DNA of 64,000 nucleotides from Paraspadella gotoi (Eukaryota > Animalia > Chaetognatha): NCBI GenBank assembly GCA_051294375.1, contig CM119266.1:9494538-9558537 (forward strand), in the 5' to 3' direction. The stretch's first letter is position 1, and every line of letters begins with the position of its first letter. The notes beneath the pieces are model-generated. The model ran no database searches. It was not told where the DNA came from and saw only the letters and a list, made by a program, of their open reading frames with translations. The translations under genes and the position numbers were made by a program. Shown here in pieces: positions 1 through 21,700 of this stretch.

Positions 1-1489
1 AGAGCATTCTGCCGGGACTAGCGTCGAAGAAATTAAATATGAAATTGGGGACGAATTTGAGCTTCTTGGGTTGTTGGGGCGCCATGGACGCCTACATGTT
101 TTACATCTCGACTCCAACTTGGAGGGTGAAATACATGAATCAAAAGTTGAAGAGGTATCTGACAGTCTTTGGCAACATCCCTGGTATCATGGAAAACTTT
201 CTCGTGTTTCGGCTTTTACCATGCTTAAATCTCAACACACAGGAACTTTTTTAGTGAGAAAAAGTCAAAGTAATGAAGGATTCACCGTTTCTATAAAGGC
301 AGCTTATAATATTTATAACTGGAAAATAAATCAAAGAGAGGCAAAAGTTTATATTGATAATTCCAATGATTTCGATTCAATCCCCGAATTAATCAAACAT
401 TTCTCTAGCGAAGTGAACCCATTAGAAAATTGTAAAACGCTATTTTTTAAAAAACCAGCAACCAGGCAAAGACCGCAACTCAGAGAAGAAGGTGAATGGG
501 AAATTCCACGTTCCAACATTAAAGTCTATAGACTATTGGGCAGTGGGTATTTTGGCGAAGTCCACGAGGGGGAGTGGACGACAAAAAACGGAGCTCGTAA
601 AGTCGCGGTCAAATCATTAAAGCCGGGAAAAATGTCAATCTCTAAGTTTCTCCGCGAAGCAGAAGTAATGAAAAGGTTGCAGCATCCGAACATATTACGA
701 ATACTCGGTAAGTAGTTATACAAACGTAGTATTTAAAACGGAATTTTTGAAACATTTTTGCCTTGTATAGGAATTGTTACCAAGGATCCATCTGGTCAAG
801 TTATTATTTTAACCGAATATATGCAAAATGGAGACCTCCGCCGCTATATCATGAACGACGCTAATAAAATCCACGACGATAGACATTTTTTCGAATTATC
901 TTGTCACATTTGCACAGGAATGGTTTACCTGGAAAAGCGAAACGTAATTCACAGAGACCTTGCCGCGCGAAATATACTCGTCGACGAAAATGGTACGGCA
1001 AAAATAGCCGACTTCGGACTAACCACTGCTCTCGAAGACGAGGAAGACTACTACAGGTGTGACTCGAAACAGTATTGAAGCCGAGATCGAAGTAAACGAT
1101 ACGCTCATTGATTTCTTTTCCTCAGAGGAGACGCAGATTCGACATTTCCGCGACGATGGGCGGCGTTGGAATGTTTGGAGCGCTTGATATGCACCACGAA
1201 AAGCGACGTCTGGTCATTCGGCGTCACAATGTGGGAAATCTTTACGCGAGGCGAACGTCCCTTCTCTACTTTGAAGAACGAAGAGGTCGTCCAATCTCTC
1301 ATTCGGGGACAAAGACTTCCGAAAACCACAAAATACGTTCAAATTAACGAAGACGCCTACAGAATTATGAATCGTTGCTGGAACAAAAACCCAGCAAAAA
1401 GAGACTCCTTTGCTGAAATGCAGCCACAACTCGAAAGACTATTCTTGGACGCCCTGTCTCGATTAAAGAGACCCGCTACTTCCGAATAA
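1..1489 (+). CDS. Src-family-like non-receptor tyrosine kinase (degenerate SH3-SH2-kinase), 5' end outside window
   Basis: SH2 WYHGKLSR/FLVRKS; kinase motifs LGSGYFGEV, VAVK, HRDLAARN, DFG, SDVWSFG. Introns ~708-770 and ~1072-1125 keep the frame. The frame is open from position 2 and reads as a diverged SH3. Confidence 0.9.
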
Positions 1490-1662
1490 TTCCCTTTTCC
1501 TTTCAACGTTTCTTACTACTAGAATAATTGTAAATAATTTCTAATGTTCGGGGGAAATTCGAATTAAACTAAAATTTGACACAGTAATATATTTGTACAA
1601 ATATTATAGAGCAAATAAAAATATTGTTTTAAATTAAAAGAAACAAACGGATGTCCTCTCTC

Positions 1663-4600
1663 TCAGTCGTCGTCCTCATCCTCGTCTTCGCCACCGCCAC
1701 CTTCTCCTCCTTCCCCGCCCTCTCCCACTTTTTTCTCCAAGAGCTTCCGCAGGGCTTCTTCTTCTTCCGGCGTCGGGTCCACAGTTTCCTCGATCTCCGG
1801 ACCCACTGGATATTCTCTCTACGAGTGCGGGAGCCAAAAGTTTTATATCAAAATGTCGCGATTCAAACACGCTAAGGTCAAAGGCACTGACCCACGGCAT
1901 AGTCGGTAGCTCCGGTTGAAACTCTCCCTTCAAATATTTGAGACCGCTTCCCACGTATATGTTGAAAAACTTTTTTCCCGTTGACAGAGACACTGCACCG
2001 GGCCACCGGTTGTTCCGCACTATTGCTAAGCCGTACTAAGAACGGGGGGATAACATGAAAAGGGAGGAAGAGAGGGAAGTGAGAGTGCAGAGAGAGAAAG
2101 AGAGAAAAGAGAAGAAAAGAAAACGTGTCGGGAATAAAACTTTCGGACTTTTATTCATTCGAATATTCATTGACAATTAAAACATTTGTACGCAGGATTC
2201 GCTCCTTAACAAACGAGAGACGGCCAATAAAATAAACTGCTCGAGTTCAGCCAACAACAAAAACCTGAGGAATGGTCGCCGACGAAAGGCTGGAAGACCA
2301 AGCCAGCTCCTCTTCCTCTTCATAAGGTTCATCCGCGGCGATGGTGGTCAGCAACGGGGGTCCGAATTCCGGTTCGGCGGGAATGGCGTAAATGTCTATC
2401 TCGCCGCCGCCCTCCCCTTCGTCCTCGCCCTCACCGGCCGGGTTAGGATTGAACCAGGTTATCCTTCCCTGAGCGGGGAAACGAGGGCGACGAGCTACTT
2501 CTTTAAATTCCGCTTTATTTACCAACCAGCGATCGCTAATCGACGAAACCAATCGAGAGACGACACCTGGGGCAAGATGTAAGACACGTGGTGCACCCAA
2601 TTTTCCAAGCTCGAGTCTGCTAGTTCCACGACAGGGATCCCCTGAAAATGGGGATTTTCCATCGGGTCCGCGCCACCGCCTCCTCCGCCTTCGGCTTCCC
2701 CTTCCTCTCCAAAGTTAAAGTATCCCATCGGAGAGACGTGGGTGCTTGCCGAGATTCGCGCGATTTGGCAACGCAAGTAATGTTTTTCAAGACCTTTTTA
2801 CGGTGAATTAATAATTTTTTTTTTTCATTGAAGGAATACATGTATAATTGTATATTGTATAAACCCAAGAAAAAATATGTGATGAATTTTTCGTTTAGAT
2901 TAATTCGTAAAATTAACATGCCTGGTATATGTTTTTTCTCCTGTTTCGGCCCAGGAAACGGCGGGTAAGTGATGATCGGCCGCTCGAGATCACCGGTGAA
3001 CGATTTTCTAATTTTTCGAGAGCATTGAATCTGTTCGGGTGTCACCATCGGAAGCCGCACCCAAGGTTCACCGATCTCGGATGTCACGTAATAGGCAAAC
3101 TTGTTCACGCCTTTCCCACGAGAGAGAAAGAAAAAAAAAACCGGATTAATGAAATCCCTTCTCGACTCACCCCGTCCAACCACCGGTTCCCCCACCACTA
3201 TTCTCCCCCCCCCCTTCGAAGGCGCGAGACAATCCGCTCAAGCCGCGACAACCTGTGTTAATCTCCTTTGGGATGATTGGCGGCGGGTGCCACTTGTTCA
3301 CGGGCAAGGGAGGGCCGTCGTCCTCGGCCCCTTCGCCCTCGCCCTCGACGGCGGCATCCAACTCGGCCGCCAGATGGTAATCCTCTTGGTCTCCCTCGTC
3401 CTCGCCCTCCTCGTCGAAATCGCCTTTTCGAGGAAGAGCGATTTTAATCGATAAAGTCGGCGAGAAGAAAAGAAAATAAACGAGAACTCGTTTTGCTCTT
3501 TATTTTTTCCAGTAGGAGGCAAGGAGGTATTTTTAACGGGTAAATAAAATGCTGTCATTTAAGAAAACGACAGTGTATTCTTATTTTTATTTCAGCTCAA
3601 CAATGCAGATTCATGCTCTATTTTGGAGCATGTTCAATTTCGAACCATACCAAAAACAAAAGCACATCAATCCGTCGTTTTTTTCCACCAAACATGACCG
3701 TGCCTTCTCCGTCCTGCCATTCGGCCTCGATGACGGTGTAATTCTTATCAGTGCCGATGATTTTGCCCCAGAGCCTGACTTTGCGAAGAGGCTCGGAGGC
3801 AATGAGCTTCTTAACGGAGAGCCCGATGCGGAAGAGCTCGTCAGTGGAAAAGCCGCACATGGCCTGGTGCATGTAGAAGGCCAGTTCCAGGAAATTCGGC
3901 ATGGGTAGCGTCTCTAGGTCCAGGTCGAAGTCGTCCTCGCCTTCGCCCGTACTCTATAAGCGCGGAGGGTAAGGGTTGTTGTTTCGCTCATCAGTTGGTA
4001 GTGGCTGTTATTGGCTTATTGTAGACCCTTTACCGGAAGCAACAGAGGCAGCTGCAAATTGGCCAGCTCGACCGTCTTCGAAGGATCGCGGACGTCGAGG
4101 ATCGGATCGTAATCGTCGATCTTTAAGTCCTGGACGTGTTTCTCCAAACCGCGACCAGAAAATCTTAGGCGAGGATCAAAGAGATTAAAATCGAGCAAAG
4201 GACCGAGCAAAGGCCGACGACGACGATACCTTTCGAACTTGAGCTGCTTGGACAAATCTTCGAGAATATCGACGACGTCGGGCGGTTGCGTCTCAATTAC
4301 TCGAGAGATAATTCTCGCCAGGTGATCGTACAGATTTTCCCCTAATCGAGAGGAGGCAAAAAGTTTTAGTTTCCTTGGTAGCCGCCTTTTTTACAATATT
4401 TTTAAAAGTTGTTAACTTATTAGTTGCTGTAATTTTCTTTTTTGGTAGTTGTTGTTGTTTTTAATGTTTATGTCGTCCTAACGATCGTAGTACCATCGAA
4501 GAACCTGTAAGGGCGCTCTGTTGTAGCAAAAGCGCCTTGGCGTTCTGGTAATCCATGCTGTACTTTCTCAGCGTTCCATCGCCGTCACCGCACTCGGCCG

Positions 4601-5506
4601 CCATCCCCGCGTCGATGTTGGACGCATTCTCTGAATTCGATTATCGGCGAACGAGTCGGTTGCGAGGAACCAATTATCGATAACGGAAGGGGGAATTGAC
4701 AAATCGACATCCTATTATCGGGCGGACAATACGAGCGCTTACACAGACTCTTTCCCTTTCTCTTTTCACCGTCTGTTTTTCTCTGTCTCTCTGTCTCTCT
4801 CTCTCTCTCTTTCTTTCAAGCAGCGAAATGTCTACAAGTTAACTTAATTACTGTTCGCTCTCTCGACGTCGGTGAACCGTTGTTCAATGACGAGCCCGCC
4901 GCGCTCGGGATACGTGCGTTCCTTCCACGGATGAGGATCCTCGACGGGCGGGAAGATGAAGGGTTCCTCCTCTTCCCCCTCACCTTCATCCCACTCCTCG
5001 TCCAAGACCAGCGGCCCTGCGCGCGCGAAAAGTGGAAAAGGAGAGAGAGTCGAGAAAAGGAGGGCCGCAGCGATGGCGATAAAATACGAGCGGGAAAAAT
5101 AATTAGAGGGAAGACAAAAGGGAATCCGGGGTGAACGAGCCGAGATGCCCTTTCAATCGCTGCCTGTCGAGTTTGGACAAAAAAGCAACGTCAACTCGAG
5201 GAAAAAAGGATGAACTCTTATTGAAAAATTAACAACGCGATAACGAGACGAATAACTTTAAATGGTTTAAAACAAAATTCTATGAATCAAATAACCTTGA
5301 GCGTTTTAAAGGTTAACACATTGATAAACTTTATTACAGTTCTAAAAGTAACGATCGAACGCCTACGCGGCGTACTAATTTCTTTTAATAACAGTTCTCT
5401 CCCCACGCATTTTCGGAAGAACTGGATCGTTTTAGAAGAAAATTCTTTTTAGTTGAGGAGCGAGGAAACAAAAAGTCAGCGTTTTACCTTCGTTTCCGTC
5501 GGCCAT
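1663..5506 (-). CDS. RSPH4A: Radial spoke head protein 4/6-like (multi-exon)
   Basis: Exons encode [79 protein letters not shown] and an acidic C-terminus. First exon MADGNE|G (5506-5488) joins the 5016 exon in phase 1. Confidence 0.9.
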
Positions 5507-6157
5507 TATCTTTCGCTGGCTTTTTACGATAAGGACGAGAGACAAGAGGAATCGGTACGATCGATATTATTGGTGACGTCAATCTGAGAGAAATTCTGCT
5601 TCTCCCGAATGTCTCCCATTCGCTCCCCCCCCCCACCCGCTTTTTCTTCTCAGTTCTTATTTCTTTTCCTAAATTTTCGCGAAAAAAAAGAGGGAAAAAG
5701 GGTTTTTTCTTTTTTGACAGAAAATTCGGATCTTTTCGGAAAGCTAGGGAATCAGTTTCTACTTCAAAGGCTTTAAATGTCTCTTTCTTTAACAACGCAT
5801 TTTCTCCATGTAAATTATTTGCTCACGTCTTCAAAGACTTCCTTTCGAGATTCAAAAATCTAGATTCTTTGCTCGTGCAAGAGTAACAAGGCAAAATATA
5901 AAATTGTATCGCCCTAACGTAGCAAATGAAATGGTTCATATATTTATGTTTTTATTAGAAAAGAAAGCAGTTACTTTCATAATAGCACTGTTCATCTTTT
6001 TAATTACATAAAATAAGATACGAAAAATAGCGCTGAAAATCGAGAAAACCTCAATCTAAGAGAATTCTCTCCACCCCCCCAATAGCACGATTTCTATGTT
6101 CAAAACTAATTCGTCAGGTTAAAATAGTATTAAAAACCTAGTTAAACCCTAACTTAC

Positions 6158-15254
<9,097 letters not shown>

Positions 15255-15751
15255 CACGATTTGTTTTGAGGGAAAAGAGGGAATAATCCTCCAGCGAGCT
15301 TTTAGTGTTAGTCCATGCTAGTCGGTTAGTAACATTATTACTAAAATGAGCAGAGGAATGGAGATAATATGCGATTGAGAATGTAGAAAATTGTAGATAT
15401 AAACAAAATTGTTGTCGAGCAATCAGCTGGAGAACTTGATCAAACCAGAGTTCGCTCGAGAACGGAGACCTATTTTTGAACAACTGAACAAGAAGTAAGA
15501 AGGATAGAATTATGGCAAATAAAATTAGACAGCTGTTGTGCTCAAGGTCTTGAACAATGAACATGTAATATTAAGGGAGCCAAGCTAAATGTTACCGAAT
15601 TTATTAGGTGTTCCAAAAAGACTAGTTTAAAAATTTTCTTTTGCAATAGAATATAATAATAAATAATATAATATAATAAATAGAATATAATAATATATAA
15701 TATAAAATACGTCAAAAATAGAGTAATACTTTAATCACTGCAATGGCATAA

Positions 15752-15813
15752 GAAATTGGTACAACCAATATAAAAATAAAAATTATCAATTCATTTAATA
15801 AATAAGCTATCTT
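15752..15813 (+). repeat. Dispersed ~60 bp repeat (copy 1 of 3)
   Basis: gaaattggtacaaccaatataaaaa..attcatttaataaataagctatctt recurs at 31028-31087 (+) and 62342-62402 (-). Confidence 0.8.
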
Positions 15814-15995
15814 TCCCCCGATGTTGTCATTCGAAAAAAAATTATTTGCAACAGAGTAAAAAAGTACATTTAAAATATTTTTAGTCATGTTTAGAAATTA
15901 ATCAAGTCGGGATTTCCAGAATTTTTTTTCGTCTTTTTTTGTGTTTTTTTACAAATTATTGCTTATCATCCAATATAATCAATCGCCTCATGAAT

Positions 15996-17233
15996 TCAAT
16001 CCCAGTGGGCGTCCCTCATTTCCGCCACTTGGCGTAGGAACTGGGCGTGGCTCGATTGGATCGAAACTCTGGGGGAGACGTCGTGCCAAGCGACGTCGCA
16101 CGCGTCGTCGCCGGCGATGAGCGGGAATCTCCCGACTCGAGTTCCATCGTCGTCGTGAAAGTTGACCGCCACAGTCTCAATCCAGGCGTTGTCCGTGTTG
16201 CGGGAGTCGTCAACGTAGCCTGAGAATTCTCGTAATGATTTCATTTTTTTCTTTTCTTTTTCCTTTCCTTTTTATTCTTCAGTCAAGCTTTCGGCGAGAA
16301 CAACAACTATGACCGAACCACAACTGCAAAATAACTTGGTCCTTTCCTTTCCCGTATTTCCATTCTCCCACCCCACCCCCCAGCTCCAAACCTCTGTAAA
16401 CTTCATGTCCTCGGTCAAAAAACTCTTTCAGCTCAATCTCGAGCTGTGCCTTATCTTGAGCGGACATTTGCAAAACATTGAGAGCCTCTTCGCCGAATTC
16501 TCGTTTCAACGTATGACTGATCGCTTCATCCTCGTCAACCATCCCGCCTCGAGGGGAAGAGGGGCGTTGAAGTTGGGTGGAAAACAAAAAAGAAAATAAC
16601 AAAAAGGCGAACCCGGAAGAGCCCATTCGCCGGAATCCTTGCGTCGAATCGAAATGACCTGAAGGACGGGTCGTCTCGAGACGGAGTCGATCATCTTGAA
16701 TCCCCCGGCACCTCTCTTCCATCTCGTCACGATTGGGTCGGCCGCGTGGTTGGGTCCCCACTTTCCTGCGGTTGTGGGCGAGTCGGAAAGGAGAGGGAAT
16801 CGTGAAATGCAGTTGGAAGAAAGAAACTCACCCAACAACCCTCTCCCGACGACGCCTGTTCTGCCGACGGGGTTCCGGGGTCTTCCGTCAACGACATCGT
16901 AGATTTGGGTGTAACTTTTGCGGTTCACTTTTCCGTCTTGATCGTTCCATGTGAACTCGGCCGCGGAGATATCGGGATCGGCCCAAGGGGGACGATTGGT
17001 CACGATGAGTGATGTGTATTCGACTGAGGTCCAGAGAGGGGGGATGGGGTGGTAAGTGCTTAGGGAATCTCTCGACCACGGCCTTTATGACGCTTTTATT
17101 TACCTGGAGCATAAGACTTCCAATCCTGCGTCCAGGCAACTTTGTCGTCCGGAACGTGAAACCGTTCAACGGTTGAGCCTTGATAACGAGAATTTCGGCA
17201 TTTTGCATGATTGAACACGACATGGAAGGCCAT
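15996..17233 (-). CDS. NUDT9: ADP-ribose pyrophosphatase NUDT9
   Basis: RPRNPVGRTG..GRGLLG.WGPNHAAD, WALPGGMVD..E....TLKREFGEE (Nudix box), GYVDDSRNTDNAWIET, AGDDA. Confidence 0.92.
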
Positions 17234-17635
17234 CGGGAACGTGTATCAGATTCGTAATTATTTCCTTTTATATCAAGATTAAAATTCTACTAAGATCGTT
17301 CATTTTTCACTGTTCACCAGCAAAATAAATTTTTGACGAGAAAACCAGAGAAATAATTTTTATCCCGCCAAACCGGTTCTGTTTTATAGACGTATCCCAA
17401 GCGCTGACGCCAGCGAAAAAAGAGCCAAAGGGCCCGATTAGCATTTGGAAAGATTTAAATAAAATGAAGCTTAAGACTAGCGAATGTTCGCAACACGTCC
17501 GAAAAAAGTAAGCAAAAAAAAAAAATCTGAAGATAATCTGACGACGTTATAGATTTAATAAAGGGAGAGTATCCCTAATGGGAAATGGTTGGGGCTACTA
17601 GGCGGGGGTTTAAAGGGGGATTTGAAATATCGAGT

Positions 17636-17731
17636 TGCGGACGAAAACGAAAGTTTTGTTATGTATCACTCTTGCTTTGCGAGTCCTTCATCAGCGTTTG
17701 ACAGTAAGACAATTTTTCAAGCAATTATAAG

Positions 17732-17768
<37 letters not shown>

Positions 17769-18112
17769 CAATAAAGAATTGAGAAAGGACAGTGGTAGAT
17801 GTGAGGACAGATGAAGGTAAGGAAAGGAAAAAGGGGAAGTAAATTGATTTTTAAATTGTGAAAGTGAGTGAGAGAGAAAACAATACATTTTGAAATGTAC
17901 AACAAAGATAAATGAATTTGTAAACTTAAGAATATTCCAATTCATTTCTCTTTGTAGTACATTTTAAAATGTATTGTTTTCTCTCTCTCTCTTCTCTCAC
18001 CATTTCGAAACATGTCCCTATACTCTGTTAATAAATCCTTGTAAAAAGTAACAAAACTTTCGTTTTCGAATCCGCTAATTAAATACAACAACGAAAAGAG
18101 AGAAAATTACAC
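17636..18112. mobile_element. Penelope-like (PLE) terminal-repeat remnant with inverted structure and a degenerate hammerhead
   Basis: Inverted ends gcggacgaaaacgaaagttttgtta / taacaaaactttcgttttcgaatccgc; internal inverted repeat ~17872-17908 vs ~17947-17985; minus-strand CTGATGA-GACTC..GAGT at ~17665-17700; GAAACATGTC at ~18007; family tail ACAACGAAAAGA. Confidence 0.6.
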
Positions 18113-18672
18113 AATTGAATTTTCTTTTATTTAAATCATCGCATCCTTCAGTTTTTAAACAATCCTATCCAATTATCTCTTCCGATTGCATGTAGTCTTG
18201 CTTCTTTTTTATTCTTTTTTAAATACGTACATATTTTTACTCTCTTCTAAAATTTCTTTTTTTTTATTGATTTACCAAAATTTACGCAAACGAGGTGAAT
18301 ATTTTTTGTCTTCCTTCACTCGCAACTCTTTATCCATGAAATTGGTACATGTAATCGTTATAACTCTCAAAAAAAGGAGTGCTGAGACATAATATTCCCA
18401 TTATTATTTCTATATTTTGTATGAACATGTTTTTGAAGAAGTATAGTTTTTCCCCATTTCGTTTTTCTATTTCATATTTCTCTTCCCCACTTCTAACGCT
18501 CGAGAGCTCGTCCGTTAAGAGCGGGCAAATGGACGATAAAAGTCGGCTCCGCACGCAACGTTGAAATAAAAAAAAACTTCACTCGAAAGCTTCTTCCTAT
18601 GGTGCGGAGAAGCTTTCGAACAAGCAAAGCCACGATATTTAACCCGCGATTTGATTGAACAATTGGGTAAAA

Positions 18673-20545
18673 ATGGATGTTGACTACGTTTTGAACAAAA
18701 TAGGTCCATATGGGTTTTACCCTCTTGGAATATATTTTTACACCCTTTTTATGGTTTTCACCTATTGCTGGCAAATGATGGCTCACGACTACGGAAAATG
18801 GATACCGGAATATAAATGCATAGTAAGAGTGAAGTATATTAAAAACTCCATTAAAATAAAATTTGGTACAATTCTATATTCGTTTATGCGTTAATTTTAC
18901 TTTCACCAACCGTGGTTAGGGGCGATTACTGATTAGGGTTAAGAGGCTTTTAAGATTAAGGAAATTAGGTAATTTTATTTAAAATTTTTTTGAATAAATA
19001 TTTTTAAATGGTTTTTCAAAAGACGCCAAAAGCCCGGTCGGCGAAAGTAACATTTTGCCTTTTATTTTTAAGGAGAACAATTCTTTGGTCGGCAATGACA
19101 TAGATGAATGTAAACTAAATGGAACCGAAAGCACATGCCAAACATTTTCTTTTGGAAATCGCCCAGCTGACACGAGCACAATATCCGAATTTAATCTCGT
19201 CTGCGACAAAGCATATCTCGACAATTTGTGCAATACTATATTTTTCATAGGCATCTTTTTAGGAAATCTCGTGTTTGGTCCTTTATCTGATAAAATAGGA
19301 AGAAAACCCGTTTTTGTCGGTTGCAGCTTTATAATGGCAATAAATGGGATTCTAACATTATTTGCTACGAGTTACCCAATGTACATTGGCATAAGATTTG
19401 TAGCTGGTTTAATGTATGCTGGGGGTTGTTTTACCACATGGACATATGCGACAGAACTTTTCTCCAGTAACTACCGGGTTATTCCAGGCTTAGCAATTTA
19501 TGGCGCTTGGGGGGTGGGATTGACATTAGCCGCGGGATTCGCTTACCTTTTTCAAAAGTGGCGTCATCTTTATGCTTTTTTGTCTGGTTTAGCCTTTTTA
19601 TCTTTTCCAAGCTGGTTTCTTTTTCCCGAATCTTTATTTTGGTTAGTGCGCAAGGGGAGAATAGAAGAAGCTAAAACCAATCTAGCCAAAATTGCAAAAT
19701 CACGAGGTTTGGATCTTAATACAATTTTGGCGGAACAGCCAAGCAATACACATCTGCTAGATTTCCCTACTCGTGAAGAAAAAACTCAATCCGATGATGC
19801 GGAGGAAAATGCAAATGAAATAAAAAGTATAGCCACTTCACGAAAATGGAGTCCACTGTACATATTGTGCTTGGTTGTTATGAGTTTTCTGTGGATGGTA
19901 GACTCTCTCGTCTATTTCGGTTTACAATTCTCAGCACAGGAGTTTACAAAAAATAGGTTTTTGAGTGGTTTTATTTTTGGCGTGATCGAAATGCCGGCAG
20001 TTTTTCTCGCAGTAGTAGTAGTTAAGCTAACAACCAGGAGATTCTCAACACTGTTGTTTCATGCTATTGGAGGGGTAGCTATGTTAATTCTCGCTGTTAT
20101 AAGAACATTTAATGAGGATGCATTAGGAGAAAATTCCCCCTTAGCTTTCTCTTTGAATCTGATAGGAAAGTTCGGTTCATCAGCGTGTTTTTCATTGGTA
20201 AACATTCTGGCAGCGGAACTATTTCCGACGAATGTACGGTCAACTTCTTATCATATAGCCGTTGGTTGTTCGAGGATAGCCGCCTTGGGAGCTACATTTG
20301 CTTCGGTCCTTTTTAGAAGTAAACCTTTAATTCCAGAATTTGCTTTCGGGGCTCTTGGTCTCCTGGCAGCCATATCTGCAGTTTTTATTCCGGAAACTAA
20401 AGACCAGCCGCTTCCCCAAGTAATGGAAGATCTTGATGTGATGCAGAAAAGTACAGGACACATCTGCAAAATATGTGGTGTGGGTAAAACACATAGGCCT
20501 TCCGATGAGGTCGTCGTAACGACCTGGGAAGAAGGCGAAAATTAA
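18673..20545 (+). CDS. SLC22 organic cation/carnitine transporter (MFS)
   Basis: TISEFNLVCD, GPLSDKIGRKP, ATELF, FPESLFWL, AELFPTNVRS, IPETKDQPLP and multiple hydrophobic helices; one intron ~18822-19022. Confidence 0.92.
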
Positions 20546-21600
20546 AACTCTTTCAAAAATTATCCTCTTATTATCCTGACGTATTTTATCGAAAGGTGTA
20601 TTTTTAGGATGACGGAATATTAATCTTTAATAACTGTAAACATTCAACAAGCTGGTTTGTATCGCTAATAATAGCATACAAGGTTTAGAAATCCCCTGAT
20701 GAGTGATAAAAATATGCACCTTTACATGCATTAAGTTAAAATAATATTCGGTTCTTCTTCCTAAACCATATAATCAAGCTTGCAACAAAAAACTGACTCA
20801 TCGCTTTTCGAATAAACAAACGAAAATGAGTTTTTCAAACCTTTTACGCAAATGATAGAAATTGTCTTAACTTTTAATTTTTATTGACAGTTTTATATTG
20901 GTTATGCGATAATTTTTTTCTGCCCATGGACGTAGTTAAGAATAATAAGCGCCTTATGTAATTTTTTTTTTGCTATACAACTGATTAACGTTGTTTTTAA
21001 AGCAGTATTGAGTCGTTAAGATGTTTCTTGTTTTTCTTAACTGTACTCATTATACTCATTATACTTATTAAGACGTATGTCGTAACTTCGTACAAACTGA
21101 AATTGTAAAAATTGGGCTGATATTTTTGGCCTTTTAGCTTGAGCAAAACTCAAAAAGCAATTGAAGCAAACAATGTCGAAAGATTTATTACTTGACGAAA
21201 ATCAGCCATAAACGTTTTGTTTTTGCTGTAATTTTATACTTGAATTTTTTTGCTGTGTCCTTTGATAGCAAGCTTTAGCTGAATTTTGACACGAATAATT
21301 CAATATTTCTGTTTAAAAACCGACTTATTTGTTGTGAATGGTTATTAAAACACAGTCGTTGGTTGTTTTTATCATTATATTTATTAGCACAAAAACGTTT
21401 TAATATTTTTTTAATTCAACGTTATTAAGCAAAAGCGCAAACAGTTTCTTTCGCTATTTCCCATTTTAAAATAGCAAAACAAACAATTTCATTTCGTCAA
21501 TACAAGAACCTACGCTTCTCGTGATAACATTGGTAACTTTTAGAAATTGCAGAATGTTTTTATTGGAAAAACTGGTTTGATCTCGATCCATCCGGATAGT

Positions 21601-21604
<4 letters not shown>

Positions 21605-21655
<51 letters not shown>
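21605..21655. repeat. (GA)n microsatellite
   Basis: Pure AG run; shorter runs at ~4795-4811 and ~17734-17763. Confidence 0.95.
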
Positions 21656-21657
<2 letters not shown>

Positions 21658-21700
21658 CCGGAGGAAAATATTTGATGACGACTACAAAAAACTAAGGATT

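Noticed and set aside
20695-20720. CTGATGA as a hammerhead or C/D box (also ~26416 and ~49030)
   Set aside because: No paired stem II followed by GAAAC and a cleavage triplet.
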